Assembly: GCA_965208835.1 (NCBI GenBank)
Contig: OZ242358.1
Coordinates: 608,001-672,000 of the forward strand
Direction of reading: 5' to 3'
From: Candidatus Latescibacterota bacterium
GTDB lineage: Bacteria; Latescibacterota; UBA2968; GCA-2709665
Length of the DNA: 64,000 bases
Part shown: piece after piece, positions 53,100-63,212 of the stretch
Layout of the letters: each line of letters begins with the position of its first letter
Numbering within the stretch: position 1 is the first letter of the stretch
Position numbers and translations under genes: made by a program
Notes under the pieces: model-generated
Told to the model about the DNA's origin: nothing
Database searches by the model: none
The model's input: the letters and a program-made list of their open reading frames with translations, nothing else

Positions 53100-56000
53100 A
53101 TGTTGTCTATCGATCCGAAGGCGCCGGTCCCGCGACCGGGAAGATCCATCTGGTACACGGTGGATGCGATTCGGCGTGCGCGGGAGAACATCCGTACCCG
53201 GGCGTGGGCCGCGAAGGAGTGGGCGCAAATCAGCGCGGTGGCGGAGAACTGGGTCCTGGTGTCCGACGAGGAGATACACGCGCTGGTTCCGGACCGGGGG
53301 TCGATCTTCTGCAGCGGGCGCAACGGAAGTCCCTGCTGCAAGGCGGCCTGGCGGTGCGACGTGTCACAGCCCGGGCGGGCTTTTTGTGGGGAGTGCGGGC
53401 GCGAATATCCGGAGAACGAGAAGGGGTCTCCGTTTCGCGACGAAGGACATGGTTTCTATTACGAGGGGAAGTGGTTCGCGCCGGTGCCCGTGTGGAACAG
53501 CTTTATCGTTAGTATGCTCAGCACCTATTCGTACGGGTCGGGCGGCCCCACGGACAACGCGCTACTGAATCTGGCCCTCGCCTACGCGATTACCGGCGAG
53601 ACCCGGTTCGGTGAAAAGGCGCTGTTGATTTACGATGCGCTGGCCACATTGGCCCCCACAACAATGGGACCATTGGACATTCCCGAAGGTCAGGAGCGGG
53701 AGATGGGCCGCATGCACGCGGAGACATGCCACGTCAACCGGCAACGATTTGTGGACATGCAGGCATACGACCTGATTTCCGGGCTTCCGGCGATGGACGA
53801 GATTTCGCCCACGCGCGGGGGTGCGCGCGTCAACATCAGAGAAAATATCGCCCACGGCATGCTGGAAGACTACGTGATGACGGAGGGCGGCGGGTACAAT
53901 CTGCGCGGCGGCAATCTCACGCATTTTCAGAATCACGAACTGGACGGATTCCGGGCGATGCTTTCCATCGGCCTGGCGACGGACAGATCCGATTTCATCA
54001 CGTGGGCGGGCAGCGCGTCCCGGGCTTTTCTGGACAATGTGGTCGGCCGGGACGGGGGGTACTACGAGAACTCCGAGATGTACGCGTATTTTTCCGGTAC
54101 GCTGATGCAGGACGTGGCGGAATTGCTGTACCACTACGACCCGCGGAAGTACTCCCCGGCAGAAGATTACCCTGAGGCGGAAACGCTGGTTGGTCTGAGC
54201 AACGCCTTCGATCATCCCCGCCTCGTCCGGTTGTGCCTGGAATACCCGGAGCTGACGCGGGCGTGCGGGCGCATCCCCTCCTATGGGAATACGAACGCGC
54301 TCCCGGGTTACCGGCCGCCTTCGGAACGGCAGGTGATGGGTTCGCAATGGTCTCTGCTGGAGCGGCTCTACATTCGGAGTGACGACGCGGGAACGAGGCG
54401 TCGGGCGAAAGAACTGATGCTGGACCTGTCGGACGGCGCGGCGGAAAACGTCCGCAACGGCACGTGGGCGCTGTTCAATTCGGAAACTGGGCCTGCCGGA
54501 GAAGACCGGGCGGGTCCACAGACCGCCTCTTCGTTCGCCGGCCACAAGGGCGTGGTGGTCCTGCGAAGCGGGACGGGCGACCGGTCGCGGGCGCTGATTG
54601 TGCGCGGGGGCGCAAATCTGCTTTCGCAGGACGACCAGTTGGCCGTTTTTCTGTACGATAAGGGCAGGACAGTCATCGAAGACGTGGGTTACGCGCTGGC
54701 CGGTTCACACGTGCATAAGGGATGGGGGATGCGGGCGATCTCCCACGCCATGGTGACTGTGGACGAAGACATCCCCACGTCTCAGGGCTACGAATTCGTG
54801 CCGAGCGCGGACCTGGTCGCCTTCGAGGACCTGGGCGACGTGAAGGTCGCGGAATACTCGGCGCCGCTGTCGCGGATTCACCAGGGCGCGACCGAGTACC
54901 GTCGAGTTCTGGTCTTCTGCGACGTCGACGAGGACACGTCGTACACCCTGGATCTGTTCCTGGTGGCAGGTGGTCGGATCCACGACTACGCGATGAACGG
55001 GCCCAGGTTTTTCGACGAGGACTCGGGGTCTTATTCGCTGGAAGGCGTGTCGCCCGAGGAACGTGCGGGGGTCTGGACACTGGCGGCACTGGGGACGGCG
55101 GACGGTTCCGAAGAGGCAAACGCGCCAGGAAAGAGCTGGGGGGAACGGATCGGGCCGAATGACCGCATTCAGGGTGTGGCCGCGCCGGACGGAAGCCCGC
55201 TGCCATACGGATGGCTGCCGCCTCCCGGAAACGGGTACGCGTTCATTCACGACGTAAGAACCGCCACGCTGGACCGGGACGCATACGCTCACTGGCGGTT
55301 CGGAGATGTGCGGGACACCCAATACGGTGTGTGGTTTCCCGCCGACCCCTCGGCGACCCTGGTCGCTGCGAAGGGTCCCGATCTGCGAGGTGACCAGCAG
55401 ATCCGTCGTCTGATCGTCCGTAGGGTAGGCGAGGATCTGAAGAGTATGTTCGTCAGTGTGTTTGAAGCCTTTTCGGGTTCGCGCAACGTGACAGGCGTAA
55501 GGGTGCTTGCGCGCGAGGAGGAAACCGGAAGCGCCGCGGTGCGCGTGGAGCTGGCGGACGGCCGGGTGGACACGCATTTGTTTTCGAGGCGCGGCCGGAT
55601 GGAAGTCCGGGGTGGGGATGGGGTGCCGATCGCGCTCGACGGTCGGTTCGGCGTCGTTCGTGAACGAAATGGGGTGGCGGCGCTTCACCTTGTGGAAGGG
55701 ACGCGCCTGCGGCATGGTGGCACCGAAGCGAGGCTCTCTCGGTCAGGTTTCGACGCACGGATCGTGGAACTGGACGCCGACGCGGAATCCGTGACGATCG
55801 ACCGGTGTCTCCCTGACACAATGTCGCTGGAGGGACGCCTCTGCCGGGTGAAATCGGGCGAAACCGAATCGCCGTACTCTCACAGCTCCGCATACCGGGT
55901 TGTCGCCGCGGAGGACGGGAAAAACGCCTGCCTCCTCCTGCAGCACGGCGATCCCCGGCTTGCGAGAGGGACGATTGCCTCCGTCGAGCCCCCGGACATT

Positions 56001-56261
56001 CTGTTCTGCGACGTACCGCTCGCTTTTGCCTGGGGTTTCAACAACAGCGGTGACAAGGGCGAATACAGGGGAAAGTTGCTGCGTACGGAGGACGGCTCCT
56101 TCGCGTCCCGGATCGTCGAACTGTTAGCGTTCAAGAAGGTCCGGCTGGAGTCTGTGGCAGGGCTTCGGGCGGGCAGCCGGTTCGAAATCCTGGACTTTAA
56201 ACCGGGCGATCGGATTTCGATTCCGAATTCCGGCGGCGAATGCCCGGCGCGGCGAGGTTGA
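53100..56261 (+). CDS. Large heparinase II/III-like protein with an N-terminal Cys cluster
   Basis: SD GGAGGTG. PCCKA...CGECGREYP, QNHE, DGGYYENSEMY, SHAMVTVDE, YRRVLV, DLFLVAGGRIHDY. No signal peptide. Confidence 0.75.
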   Translation: MLSIDPKAPVPRPGRSIWYTVDAIRRARENIRTRAWAAKEWAQISAVAENWVLVSDEEIHALVPDRGSIFCSGRNGSPCCKAAWRCDVSQPGRAFCGECGREYPENEKGSPFRDEGHGFYYEGKWFAPVPVWNSFIVSMLSTYSYGSGGPTDNALLNLALAYAITGETRFGEKALLIYDALATLAPTTMGPLDIPEGQEREMGRMHAETCHVNRQRFVDMQAYDLISGLPAMDEISPTRGGARVNIRENIAHGMLEDYVMTEGGGYNLRGGNLTHFQNHELDGFRAMLSIGLATDRSDFITWAGSASRAFLDNVVGRDGGYYENSEMYAYFSGTLMQDVAELLYHYDPRKYSPAEDYPEAETLVGLSNAFDHPRLVRLCLEYPELTRACGRIPSYGNTNALPGYRPPSERQVMGSQWSLLERLYIRSDDAGTRRRAKELMLDLSDGAAENVRNGTWALFNSETGPAGEDRAGPQTASSFAGHKGVVVLRSGTGDRSRALIVRGGANLLSQDDQLAVFLYDKGRTVIEDVGYALAGSHVHKGWGMRAISHAMVTVDEDIPTSQGYEFVPSADLVAFEDLGDVKVAEYSAPLSRIHQGATEYRRVLVFCDVDEDTSYTLDLFLVAGGRIHDYAMNGPRFFDEDSGSYSLEGVSPEERAGVWTLAALGTADGSEEANAPGKSWGERIGPNDRIQGVAAPDGSPLPYGWLPPPGNGYAFIHDVRTATLDRDAYAHWRFGDVRDTQYGVWFPADPSATLVAAKGPDLRGDQQIRRLIVRRVGEDLKSMFVSVFEAFSGSRNVTGVRVLAREEETGSAAVRVELADGRVDTHLFSRRGRMEVRGGDGVPIALDGRFGVVRERNGVAALHLVEGTRLRHGGTEARLSRSGFDARIVELDADAESVTIDRCLPDTMSLEGRLCRVKSGETESPYSHSSAYRVVAAEDGKNACLLLQHGDPRLARGTIASVEPPDILFCDVPLAFAWGFNNSGDKGEYRGKLLRTEDGSFASRIVELLAFKKVRLESVAGLRAGSRFEILDFKPGDRISIPNSGGECPARRG

Positions 56262-56344
56262 AGACCGTTCGAGAACCCGGTGCAAAGTGCCGCCGCGGGG
56301 TTGGGTTACGCGGCCCGGAGTTCCGACAAGTAGACCCTTTTCCC

Positions 56345-56372
56345 TTGAACTTTCACGATAATTCCATATTAT
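56345..56372 (+). promoter_or_regulatory. Putative sigma70 promoter
   Basis: TTGAAC-N16-TATTAT in an AT-rich patch upstream of the membrane-protein cluster. Confidence 0.5.
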
Positions 56373-56482
56373 GCGCGTGATGATTTTACGCCCGCGGACA
56401 GCGGCGGGTCGGCAGCCCGCAGGGTCGATAGGTCAGGGTGAAGGCCACCGCCGTTTCGGCCCGAATCAACAGGGAGAACGTC

Positions 56483-58447
56483 ATGCAACTGGCTCAGCCG
56501 GATTCATATACTGAAGCGGCGTCAGGCCCGGAACGACGCGGCGTAACCGTGCGGGCGGTCGCAATCGGGCTTGGCGTAGCCCTGTTCATTCAAGGCTGGG
56601 GTATTTTTTCCAGCAGGGTGATCCGGTCGTCCGGCGTGACGGCCGGATTTCTTTCACCGGCACTCTTTATCGGGATCCTCCTCGTCCTGTTCATTCTGAA
56701 TCCCTTCCTGAAGCGGGTCGTCCGGTCCGCGGGGTTGAGCCTCGCGGAAGTGCTGACGATATTCGCGATGGGGCTGATGGGCGGCGCGCCCATCGCGTTA
56801 TTGTATGCCTTTATCACCATTCCGTACTACCTGGCCACTCCGGAAAACCAGTGGGGCGCCCTTCTTCACCCGCACCTGCCGTCGTGGGTCGCGCCTCTCG
56901 ACGTAGACGGTGCCGTTACGCTTCTGTTCAACGGCCTGCCTGGAGGTCAGGGCGCGATTCCATGGGGGGCGTGGGTTATTCCCATGTTCTGGTGGGTGCT
57001 TCTGTTCGGCGTTCTGGCCTTCGCCGCGGCTTCGCTCTCGGTGATACTCCGGAAACAATGGGTGGAACACGAGCGGTTGCGATACCCGGTCCTGGAGCCC
57101 ATCGTGGAGATGGCTTCCGGCTCCGAAACCGGCGGCTTGTGGCCGCAATTCGCCCGCGGAAAGCTGTTCTGGTTCGGCGCGGGGTTCGCGTTCGTCTTCA
57201 TTTTCTGGAACGCGCTGCCCTGGATCTCACCCGCCTTTCCCGAGATGCCGGTCCGGGGGCGGGTGTACGCCTTCTTCGGGCGGGATATGCCGCCGATGTT
57301 CAGCTATATCGATCCGTTTACGTTCGCGTTTTCATATTTCGCGAATCTGGACGTTCTGTTCAGCGTATGGTTCTTCTTCGCGGTGTTTGTGCTGGAATTC
57401 GGCATCTTCAACAGGCTGGGCTACAGTATCGGCGGACGCGGCGACAGGTACGGTTCCTATGACGCAGCATCGAGCTGGCAGGGCCTTGGCGCGTTCTGCG
57501 TCTTCGTGTTGTTCGGTCTGTGGATGGCCAGGCGCCACCTGAAAGACGTGGTGATGAAGGCCTGGCGGTCGGACGCTTCCGTGGACGATTCGCGTGAGAT
57601 GTTGTCGTATCGCACGGCGGTCGTCGGCATTCTGGTGGGGTTCGTGTTCACGGTCGTTTGGCTGAATCGGGCGGGCATGGACCTGCAGATGGCCATTCCG
57701 CTGGTGGCGATGCTGTTTATCCTCTACATCGGCGTTGCGCGGATTATTGCCGAATCGGGCCTCCTGTATGTGCAGGGGCCGATGACGGCACAGAGCTTTT
57801 CGGTCTATCTGCTGGGGGCCAAAGCCGTGTCGCCGTCCAGCCTCACCACGCTCCTGTTTTCGTATCCGATCCACGCGAATTCGACCTCCCAGATGTCGCA
57901 CGTGGCCAAGGTGGGAGAACAGGTCCGGGATCGCGGAAGGCGCCTGTTCTGGGCCGTGGGCCTGTCGTTCCTGGCGACGACCCTGGTTGTGATCATCGGG
58001 ACGCTCTTTCTCGGCTACACGCGCGGCGCCGAGAATTTCGGACATGGCTTCATCTGCGGGGGGGTTCACAATTTTCCGGATACCGTGAGCAAGATCAAGG
58101 AGCCGTTCGACGTCGACTGGAACCGGATCATGTTCTTTGGTATCGGCGCCGCTGTTATGGTCGTGCTCACGTTCCTCCGCTACCGGTTTCCCTGGTGGCC
58201 GATCCACCCGGTGGGGTTCGCCATCATGGGTACGGACCTGGTACGGAATTTTGCGCTGACGTTGTTCCTGGCATGGTCGTGCAAGACGGTTATCCTGCGG
58301 GTTGGCGGAAATTCGCTGTTTCGGCAGGCGCAGCCGTTCTTCCTCGGGCTGCTTGTGGGGCACGTTCTGGGGATAACGGGGGCATTCCTCGTGGATATGT
58401 TCATGTTCCCTGGAGCCGGGCACAGCATCCACCCGTGGATCGAATAG
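56483..58447 (+). CDS. Polytopic membrane protein, DUF6785/DUF6784-like (putative peptide-transporter-like)
   Basis: More than 15 hydrophobic segments. PYYLATPENQW, IPWGAW, RKQWVEHERLRYP, RIIAESG and WWPIHPVGF. SD GGAG before ATG 56483. Confidence 0.78.
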   Translation: MQLAQPDSYTEAASGPERRGVTVRAVAIGLGVALFIQGWGIFSSRVIRSSGVTAGFLSPALFIGILLVLFILNPFLKRVVRSAGLSLAEVLTIFAMGLMGGAPIALLYAFITIPYYLATPENQWGALLHPHLPSWVAPLDVDGAVTLLFNGLPGGQGAIPWGAWVIPMFWWVLLFGVLAFAAASLSVILRKQWVEHERLRYPVLEPIVEMASGSETGGLWPQFARGKLFWFGAGFAFVFIFWNALPWISPAFPEMPVRGRVYAFFGRDMPPMFSYIDPFTFAFSYFANLDVLFSVWFFFAVFVLEFGIFNRLGYSIGGRGDRYGSYDAASSWQGLGAFCVFVLFGLWMARRHLKDVVMKAWRSDASVDDSREMLSYRTAVVGILVGFVFTVVWLNRAGMDLQMAIPLVAMLFILYIGVARIIAESGLLYVQGPMTAQSFSVYLLGAKAVSPSSLTTLLFSYPIHANSTSQMSHVAKVGEQVRDRGRRLFWAVGLSFLATTLVVIIGTLFLGYTRGAENFGHGFICGGVHNFPDTVSKIKEPFDVDWNRIMFFGIGAAVMVVLTFLRYRFPWWPIHPVGFAIMGTDLVRNFALTLFLAWSCKTVILRVGGNSLFRQAQPFFLGLLVGHVLGITGAFLVDMFMFPGAGHSIHPWIE

Positions 58448-58468
58448 TCCCACGCGTAAGGACCAACG

Positions 58469-61400
58469 ATGATTGACGGTATCAAGCGAGCGCTTCTCGT
58501 TCTGTTGACGCTTGGCGTCCTCGCACTCGTGGTGGTATTTGACCCCGAGAATGTGTCCGACGTGATGAGGGATGCGCTTGATATCCGGCAGTCGCCGCCG
58601 CCTGAGCAGGTTCGGGGGGACCTTTCAGCAGCGGATCGGGCGGTACGGCGAATTGTGGATGAGATTGCGGAAGACGACGTTCGTTCTCACGTGTCTGCAT
58701 TGACCCGGATGCCGTCCCGCGTGGTGGGATACGACGGCGAACGGCATGCGCGGGACTACATCAGATCGCAATTCGAGGCGCTGGGTCTGGAGCGGGTAGG
58801 CACGGAGGCTTTCGACGTGACCGTGCCGGTGGACCGGGGCGGCGTTCTGAAGGTGACGGCCACCGGCGAGGAGATTCCCATTTACGGCCTCTGGCCGAAT
58901 GACGTCCGGACGCCGACGCTCCGGGCCGGAGGCGTCGAGGGGCCTCTGATCTACGGACGGCGCGGGGAATTTTCGGATTTCAACGGGTCGGTCGTGGACG
59001 GAAGCGTCGTTTTGATGGACTTCGGTTGCGGACAGAATTACCTGAATGCAATGACTCTCGGCGCGAAGGCGATTCTGTTCTTCGACGACGGGAACGTGAC
59101 CCGCGGGGAGGCAGAGGACAAGTTTCTGGAGGTGCCCGTAAATGTGCCCCGGTTCTGGGTGAGCCGGGACGATGCGCATCGCCTTCTGGAGGAAGTTGAG
59201 CGTGGAGACGTCATGGTCCGTCTCACGTCCAGGATGGACTGGAAGACGGTGAAGTCGGCCAATGTCTTGGGATATCTGCCTGGTTCGGAGGAGCGCATTC
59301 CGGGAGGCACGGGCGCCAGGTGGAAGGACAGGCTGATTGTGGTAGGCGCCTACTATGACGCCATGTCCGTGGTGCCCGCGCTGGCCCCGGGAGCCGAGAG
59401 CGCCTCGGGAGCAGCCGCTCTGCTCGAAGTTATCCGTTCGCTGAAGCGGCACGGTTCCAGGTACTCCTTCCTCTTTCTGGCGACGTCGGCGCACTTCGAG
59501 GGGCTGACGGGAATCAACGACTTCCTCTTCCGCCATTCCCGCCGAAGCGATTATTTCCGGGACCGGATTCCCGACGGCGACCGGATCGATTTCAGCCTGT
59601 TCGTCGGGCTGGATCTGTCCAGCCGCAGCAGGCAGGTGGGCGGATTTGCGATGGGGACCTTCTACAACGCCCGCAAGGGGACGGACGAATACCTGAAAAA
59701 CCTGCTGACGCCGTATTCGCACCGGTTCCGCGAGTACGCCAGAGCGCTTTTTCCCGATGAAGAGCGCTACGTGGACGTGATTGCCCCGGCCAAGCGGCCC
59801 TGGACGTCATATATGCCGGTCCCGCTGGCCCTGGAGAGCGAGGCCGCGGTATTCGTCGGTCAGGAGGCGATGACCCTGGTGACCCTGTACGACGGTCGCG
59901 TCCGTACCGACACGCCACTCGATCTTCCCGAGGCCATGGCCTTCGGCCGCCTGACCGACCAGGTGCGGTCGGTGGCCGCGATGATGATCAGGGCGGGTAA
60001 CGATCCGGGCTTCTTCCGCGAGACCCAGCTTCGGCTCATGGACCGCGGGCACCGCCTGTCCGGGCGGATTCTCTGGTTCGACCGGGACGTGGACTTCGCG
60101 ATTCCCAGGGTGCCGGTTCCGGGAGCGCTGGTGACTTACAAGCAGCCGGGCCCGGGTAGCCTGGCCGGCGTAAGGACGCTGATGGTCACACAGACAACCC
60201 AGGGCCCGATTTACGAAGGGCCGGCGTCAAGAGGTGCGTTGTACGGTTCCAGGGAAAGGGTCGCACAGACCGGCCGGTTTGAATTCGACATCGTCAGAAA
60301 CCGCTTTTCGAATCAGGTTCTGGCTTACGAGCTCGACGCCGAGGGACGGATTGTCTCGGCGCCGGACATGGGCATCGATGGCGCCGGTTCTGATGGAAAA
60401 AACGGGAAGTATCCCCTGGTTCAGGGATACGGGTGGTGGGACAACGAAATGATGGGCGTGCTGTTCAGGTGCCGGTCGCTGAGCCTTTTCGAGATCGTGG
60501 ATTCGAGCTATCTGTCCGTGCTGGACCATATGAAGGTACTCGGACGGGATAACAGCGAGCCGATAGAATACGGATTTCGGTACGTGGCCAACCAGGGCCG
60601 GAAGGAGGGAAAGGTCACCCAGGCGTCGGTCGCATTCGCGCCGCCCGGTGAACGGATCAAGATCCTGATGAGCAGCGGGCTCTTCGGAATCAAGTACCTG
60701 CTCATCAACGCGCCTGAAGACCTGTTGACCGATCCCGTTGCGCCGGAACAGGTGAACGCTCAGACGGTGAAACGGTCCATGGGAGCCGGGTACGTCCCTG
60801 ACGGGAATACGATTACCATGCCTTCATACCGCGCGGCACGGGATATGTGGATCGTGGATGACGTCCGGATGAAGCAACTGGCCCGGTACGGCGTGGAAAA
60901 CCAGAGGCTTTCCCGGCTTCACGACCGCGCGCGCGCGTCTTTGCTTGAGGCGAACAGCCACCTGGAAAACCGCCGGTACGACCGGTTCATTGCGTCGGCG
61001 AGGGAGGGCTGGGGGCTCGAGGCGCGCGGGTACCCCGAGGTGAAGGAGACGGCCAACGACACGGTCCGCGGGGTTATCTTCTATTTTGTCCTGCTGCTGC
61101 CGTTCTCGTTCTTCTGCGAGCGGCTGTTCTTCGGGTTTCCCGACGTCCACCGACGGATCATCGGATTCGCCGCGATTCTCATCGCCATGTTCCTGGCCCT
61201 GCGGTGGGTGCATCCAGCGTTTCAGCTGTCCAGTTCTCCGTACATCATCTTTCTCGCATTTGTAATCCTGTGTCTGGGCGGCGTGGCAATGGTGATCGTG
61301 GTGTCCAGGTTCGCCGACCAGGTCAGACGTCTGAAACAGTCCGCAACGGGTGTGTACGAAGAGGACGTGGGACGGATCTCGGCGATGGTCGTGGCGTTTA

Positions 61401-63181
61401 CGCTGGGGGTTTCGAATCTGCGAAAGCGACCGCTGCGGAGCGGGCTCACGGCGGTTACGCTGACCCTGCTGACCTTCACGGTGCTTTCGTTTACGTCGGT
61501 TCAGACGTACTTGCGTTTCTACAAGCTGCCGAGGGACAACCGGCCGCCCTACCAGGGAGCGCTGGTAAGAGACCGGAACTGGAGGGGAATGCAGCCCTCT
61601 GCGCTGACGTATATCCAGAGTCATTTCGGCGGTTTCGCCCGGGTAGCGCCCCGGGCGTTTTACATTTCCGAAAAGAGAGGCGAGCGGGCGTATATTGACT
61701 TTGAGGAACCCGAGAGCGGCCGGCGGAGCTTCGCGAACGGGTTGCTGGGCGTGACGGCGGTGGAACCCGAGGTGCTGGGTATGGACCGGCTGCTGACGGC
61801 AGGCCGCTGGTTCCGGGAGGGGGAACGGCACGCGGTCATCCTTCCGGGCGAATTGGCGGACCTCGTCGGGATCACCGGTGCGGACGTGGAAGCCGGCCGG
61901 GCGCGGGTGCGTATGTTGGGGGTGGAGCTGGCCGTCGTCGGCATTCTGGATTCCCGGGCCGTGGACAGGCTCGCGGATATGGATGACGAACGCCCGACGC
62001 CCATCGACACGACGATGGAGACCGCGGGAACGAGCGACTGGCGCAACCTGAGCCAGGACCCCAGGTTGATGGGAGCGGAGCCAATCGAGGCGTTCATTCA
62101 CCTGGACACCAGCAATACGGCGCTGCTGCCGTACGAATTCGTCATCGAAACTGGAGGCACCCTCAGGTCGATCGCGATCACCGGTTTCAAAGACGCTCAG
62201 GGTAACCCCAGCCAAAACGTCCGCGGGCAGATCGAAGACTTCATGTCGCGGGTTGCGCTGACGATGTTTGTCGGGATCGACGACGAAGTGACGGTATACA
62301 GCTCCATCGGCACCACTTCGCTTTCCGGCATCGCGAATCTCTTCATCCCGCTGGTGATCGCCTCGCTCATCGTCCTGAATACGATGATGGGCGCCGTGTA
62401 CGAAAGATACCGCGAAATCGGTGTTTACTCGGCGGTGGGGCTGGCGCCCAGCCACATTTCCGCGCTCTTTCTGGCCGAAGCGGCCGTGTTCGCCACGCTG
62501 GGAGCGGCGTTCGGCTACCTGATCGGCCAGGCGGTGGCGATGTTCCTGTACGAGCAGGGGGCGCTGGGCGGGCTGTCATTGAACTACTCGTCCCTTTCGG
62601 CGGTTTCTTCCACGCTGCTGGTAATGCTTGCCGTGTTCCTGTCCACCCTTTATCCGGCCAGGAAGGCCGAACAGATGTCGGTGCCGGACGTGACGCGGCG
62701 ATGGCAGTTTCCGAATCCGGAGGGGGACGACTGGACGTTCGACTTTCCGTTTACCCTGGCGGGATCGGAAGCCCTGGGGATGTACACCTATCTCTTTCGG
62801 TGTTTCGAGTCTTTCGGCGAGGGTTCCCTGGGACGGTTCGTTTCGCGAGACGTGCGTTTCGGGTCCGATCCACTGCCGGCCGGCACGGGGTACGGGATCG
62901 CGCTGCGGATGTGGCTGGCGCCATACGATCTGGGCATCAGCCAGGACGTCCTGATGAATGCGGTTCCCACTGGAGAACACGATATCTACCGCATTGAGGT
63001 CCGTATCCGTCGTCTGAGCGGAGACGTGAACTCGTGGCAACGGGTGAACAGGGGCTTTCTGAACGACCTTCGCAAGCTCTTCCTGGTTTGGAAGACAATG
63101 CCTCCGGAAACGAAGACGGACTATGCGCGGCAGGGCGAGGCGGAACTGAAGACGTCGCCTGTCCGGGAAGTCGCGTCCTGA
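58469..63181 (+). CDS. Large membrane protein: PA/M28-peptidase-like ectodomain fused to a MacB/FtsX-type permease region
   Basis: SRVVGYDG, SANVLGYLPG and GAYYD...PGAESASG; TM block; NLRKRPLRSGLT; NTMMGAVYERYREIGVYSAVGLAP...FLAEA. Confidence 0.82.
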   Translation: MIDGIKRALLVLLTLGVLALVVVFDPENVSDVMRDALDIRQSPPPEQVRGDLSAADRAVRRIVDEIAEDDVRSHVSALTRMPSRVVGYDGERHARDYIRSQFEALGLERVGTEAFDVTVPVDRGGVLKVTATGEEIPIYGLWPNDVRTPTLRAGGVEGPLIYGRRGEFSDFNGSVVDGSVVLMDFGCGQNYLNAMTLGAKAILFFDDGNVTRGEAEDKFLEVPVNVPRFWVSRDDAHRLLEEVERGDVMVRLTSRMDWKTVKSANVLGYLPGSEERIPGGTGARWKDRLIVVGAYYDAMSVVPALAPGAESASGAAALLEVIRSLKRHGSRYSFLFLATSAHFEGLTGINDFLFRHSRRSDYFRDRIPDGDRIDFSLFVGLDLSSRSRQVGGFAMGTFYNARKGTDEYLKNLLTPYSHRFREYARALFPDEERYVDVIAPAKRPWTSYMPVPLALESEAAVFVGQEAMTLVTLYDGRVRTDTPLDLPEAMAFGRLTDQVRSVAAMMIRAGNDPGFFRETQLRLMDRGHRLSGRILWFDRDVDFAIPRVPVPGALVTYKQPGPGSLAGVRTLMVTQTTQGPIYEGPASRGALYGSRERVAQTGRFEFDIVRNRFSNQVLAYELDAEGRIVSAPDMGIDGAGSDGKNGKYPLVQGYGWWDNEMMGVLFRCRSLSLFEIVDSSYLSVLDHMKVLGRDNSEPIEYGFRYVANQGRKEGKVTQASVAFAPPGERIKILMSSGLFGIKYLLINAPEDLLTDPVAPEQVNAQTVKRSMGAGYVPDGNTITMPSYRAARDMWIVDDVRMKQLARYGVENQRLSRLHDRARASLLEANSHLENRRYDRFIASAREGWGLEARGYPEVKETANDTVRGVIFYFVLLLPFSFFCERLFFGFPDVHRRIIGFAAILIAMFLALRWVHPAFQLSSSPYIIFLAFVILCLGGVAMVIVVSRFADQVRRLKQSATGVYEEDVGRISAMVVAFTLGVSNLRKRPLRSGLTAVTLTLLTFTVLSFTSVQTYLRFYKLPRDNRPPYQGALVRDRNWRGMQPSALTYIQSHFGGFARVAPRAFYISEKRGERAYIDFEEPESGRRSFANGLLGVTAVEPEVLGMDRLLTAGRWFREGERHAVILPGELADLVGITGADVEAGRARVRMLGVELAVVGILDSRAVDRLADMDDERPTPIDTTMETAGTSDWRNLSQDPRLMGAEPIEAFIHLDTSNTALLPYEFVIETGGTLRSIAITGFKDAQGNPSQNVRGQIEDFMSRVALTMFVGIDDEVTVYSSIGTTSLSGIANLFIPLVIASLIVLNTMMGAVYERYREIGVYSAVGLAPSHISALFLAEAAVFATLGAAFGYLIGQAVAMFLYEQGALGGLSLNYSSLSAVSSTLLVMLAVFLSTLYPARKAEQMSVPDVTRRWQFPNPEGDDWTFDFPFTLAGSEALGMYTYLFRCFESFGEGSLGRFVSRDVRFGSDPLPAGTGYGIALRMWLAPYDLGISQDVLMNAVPTGEHDIYRIEVRIRRLSGDVNSWQRVNRGFLNDLRKLFLVWKTMPPETKTDYARQGEAELKTSPVREVAS

Positions 63182-63212
63182 ACGGGCCAACTGAGAATGA
63201 GGAAGATGCGGT

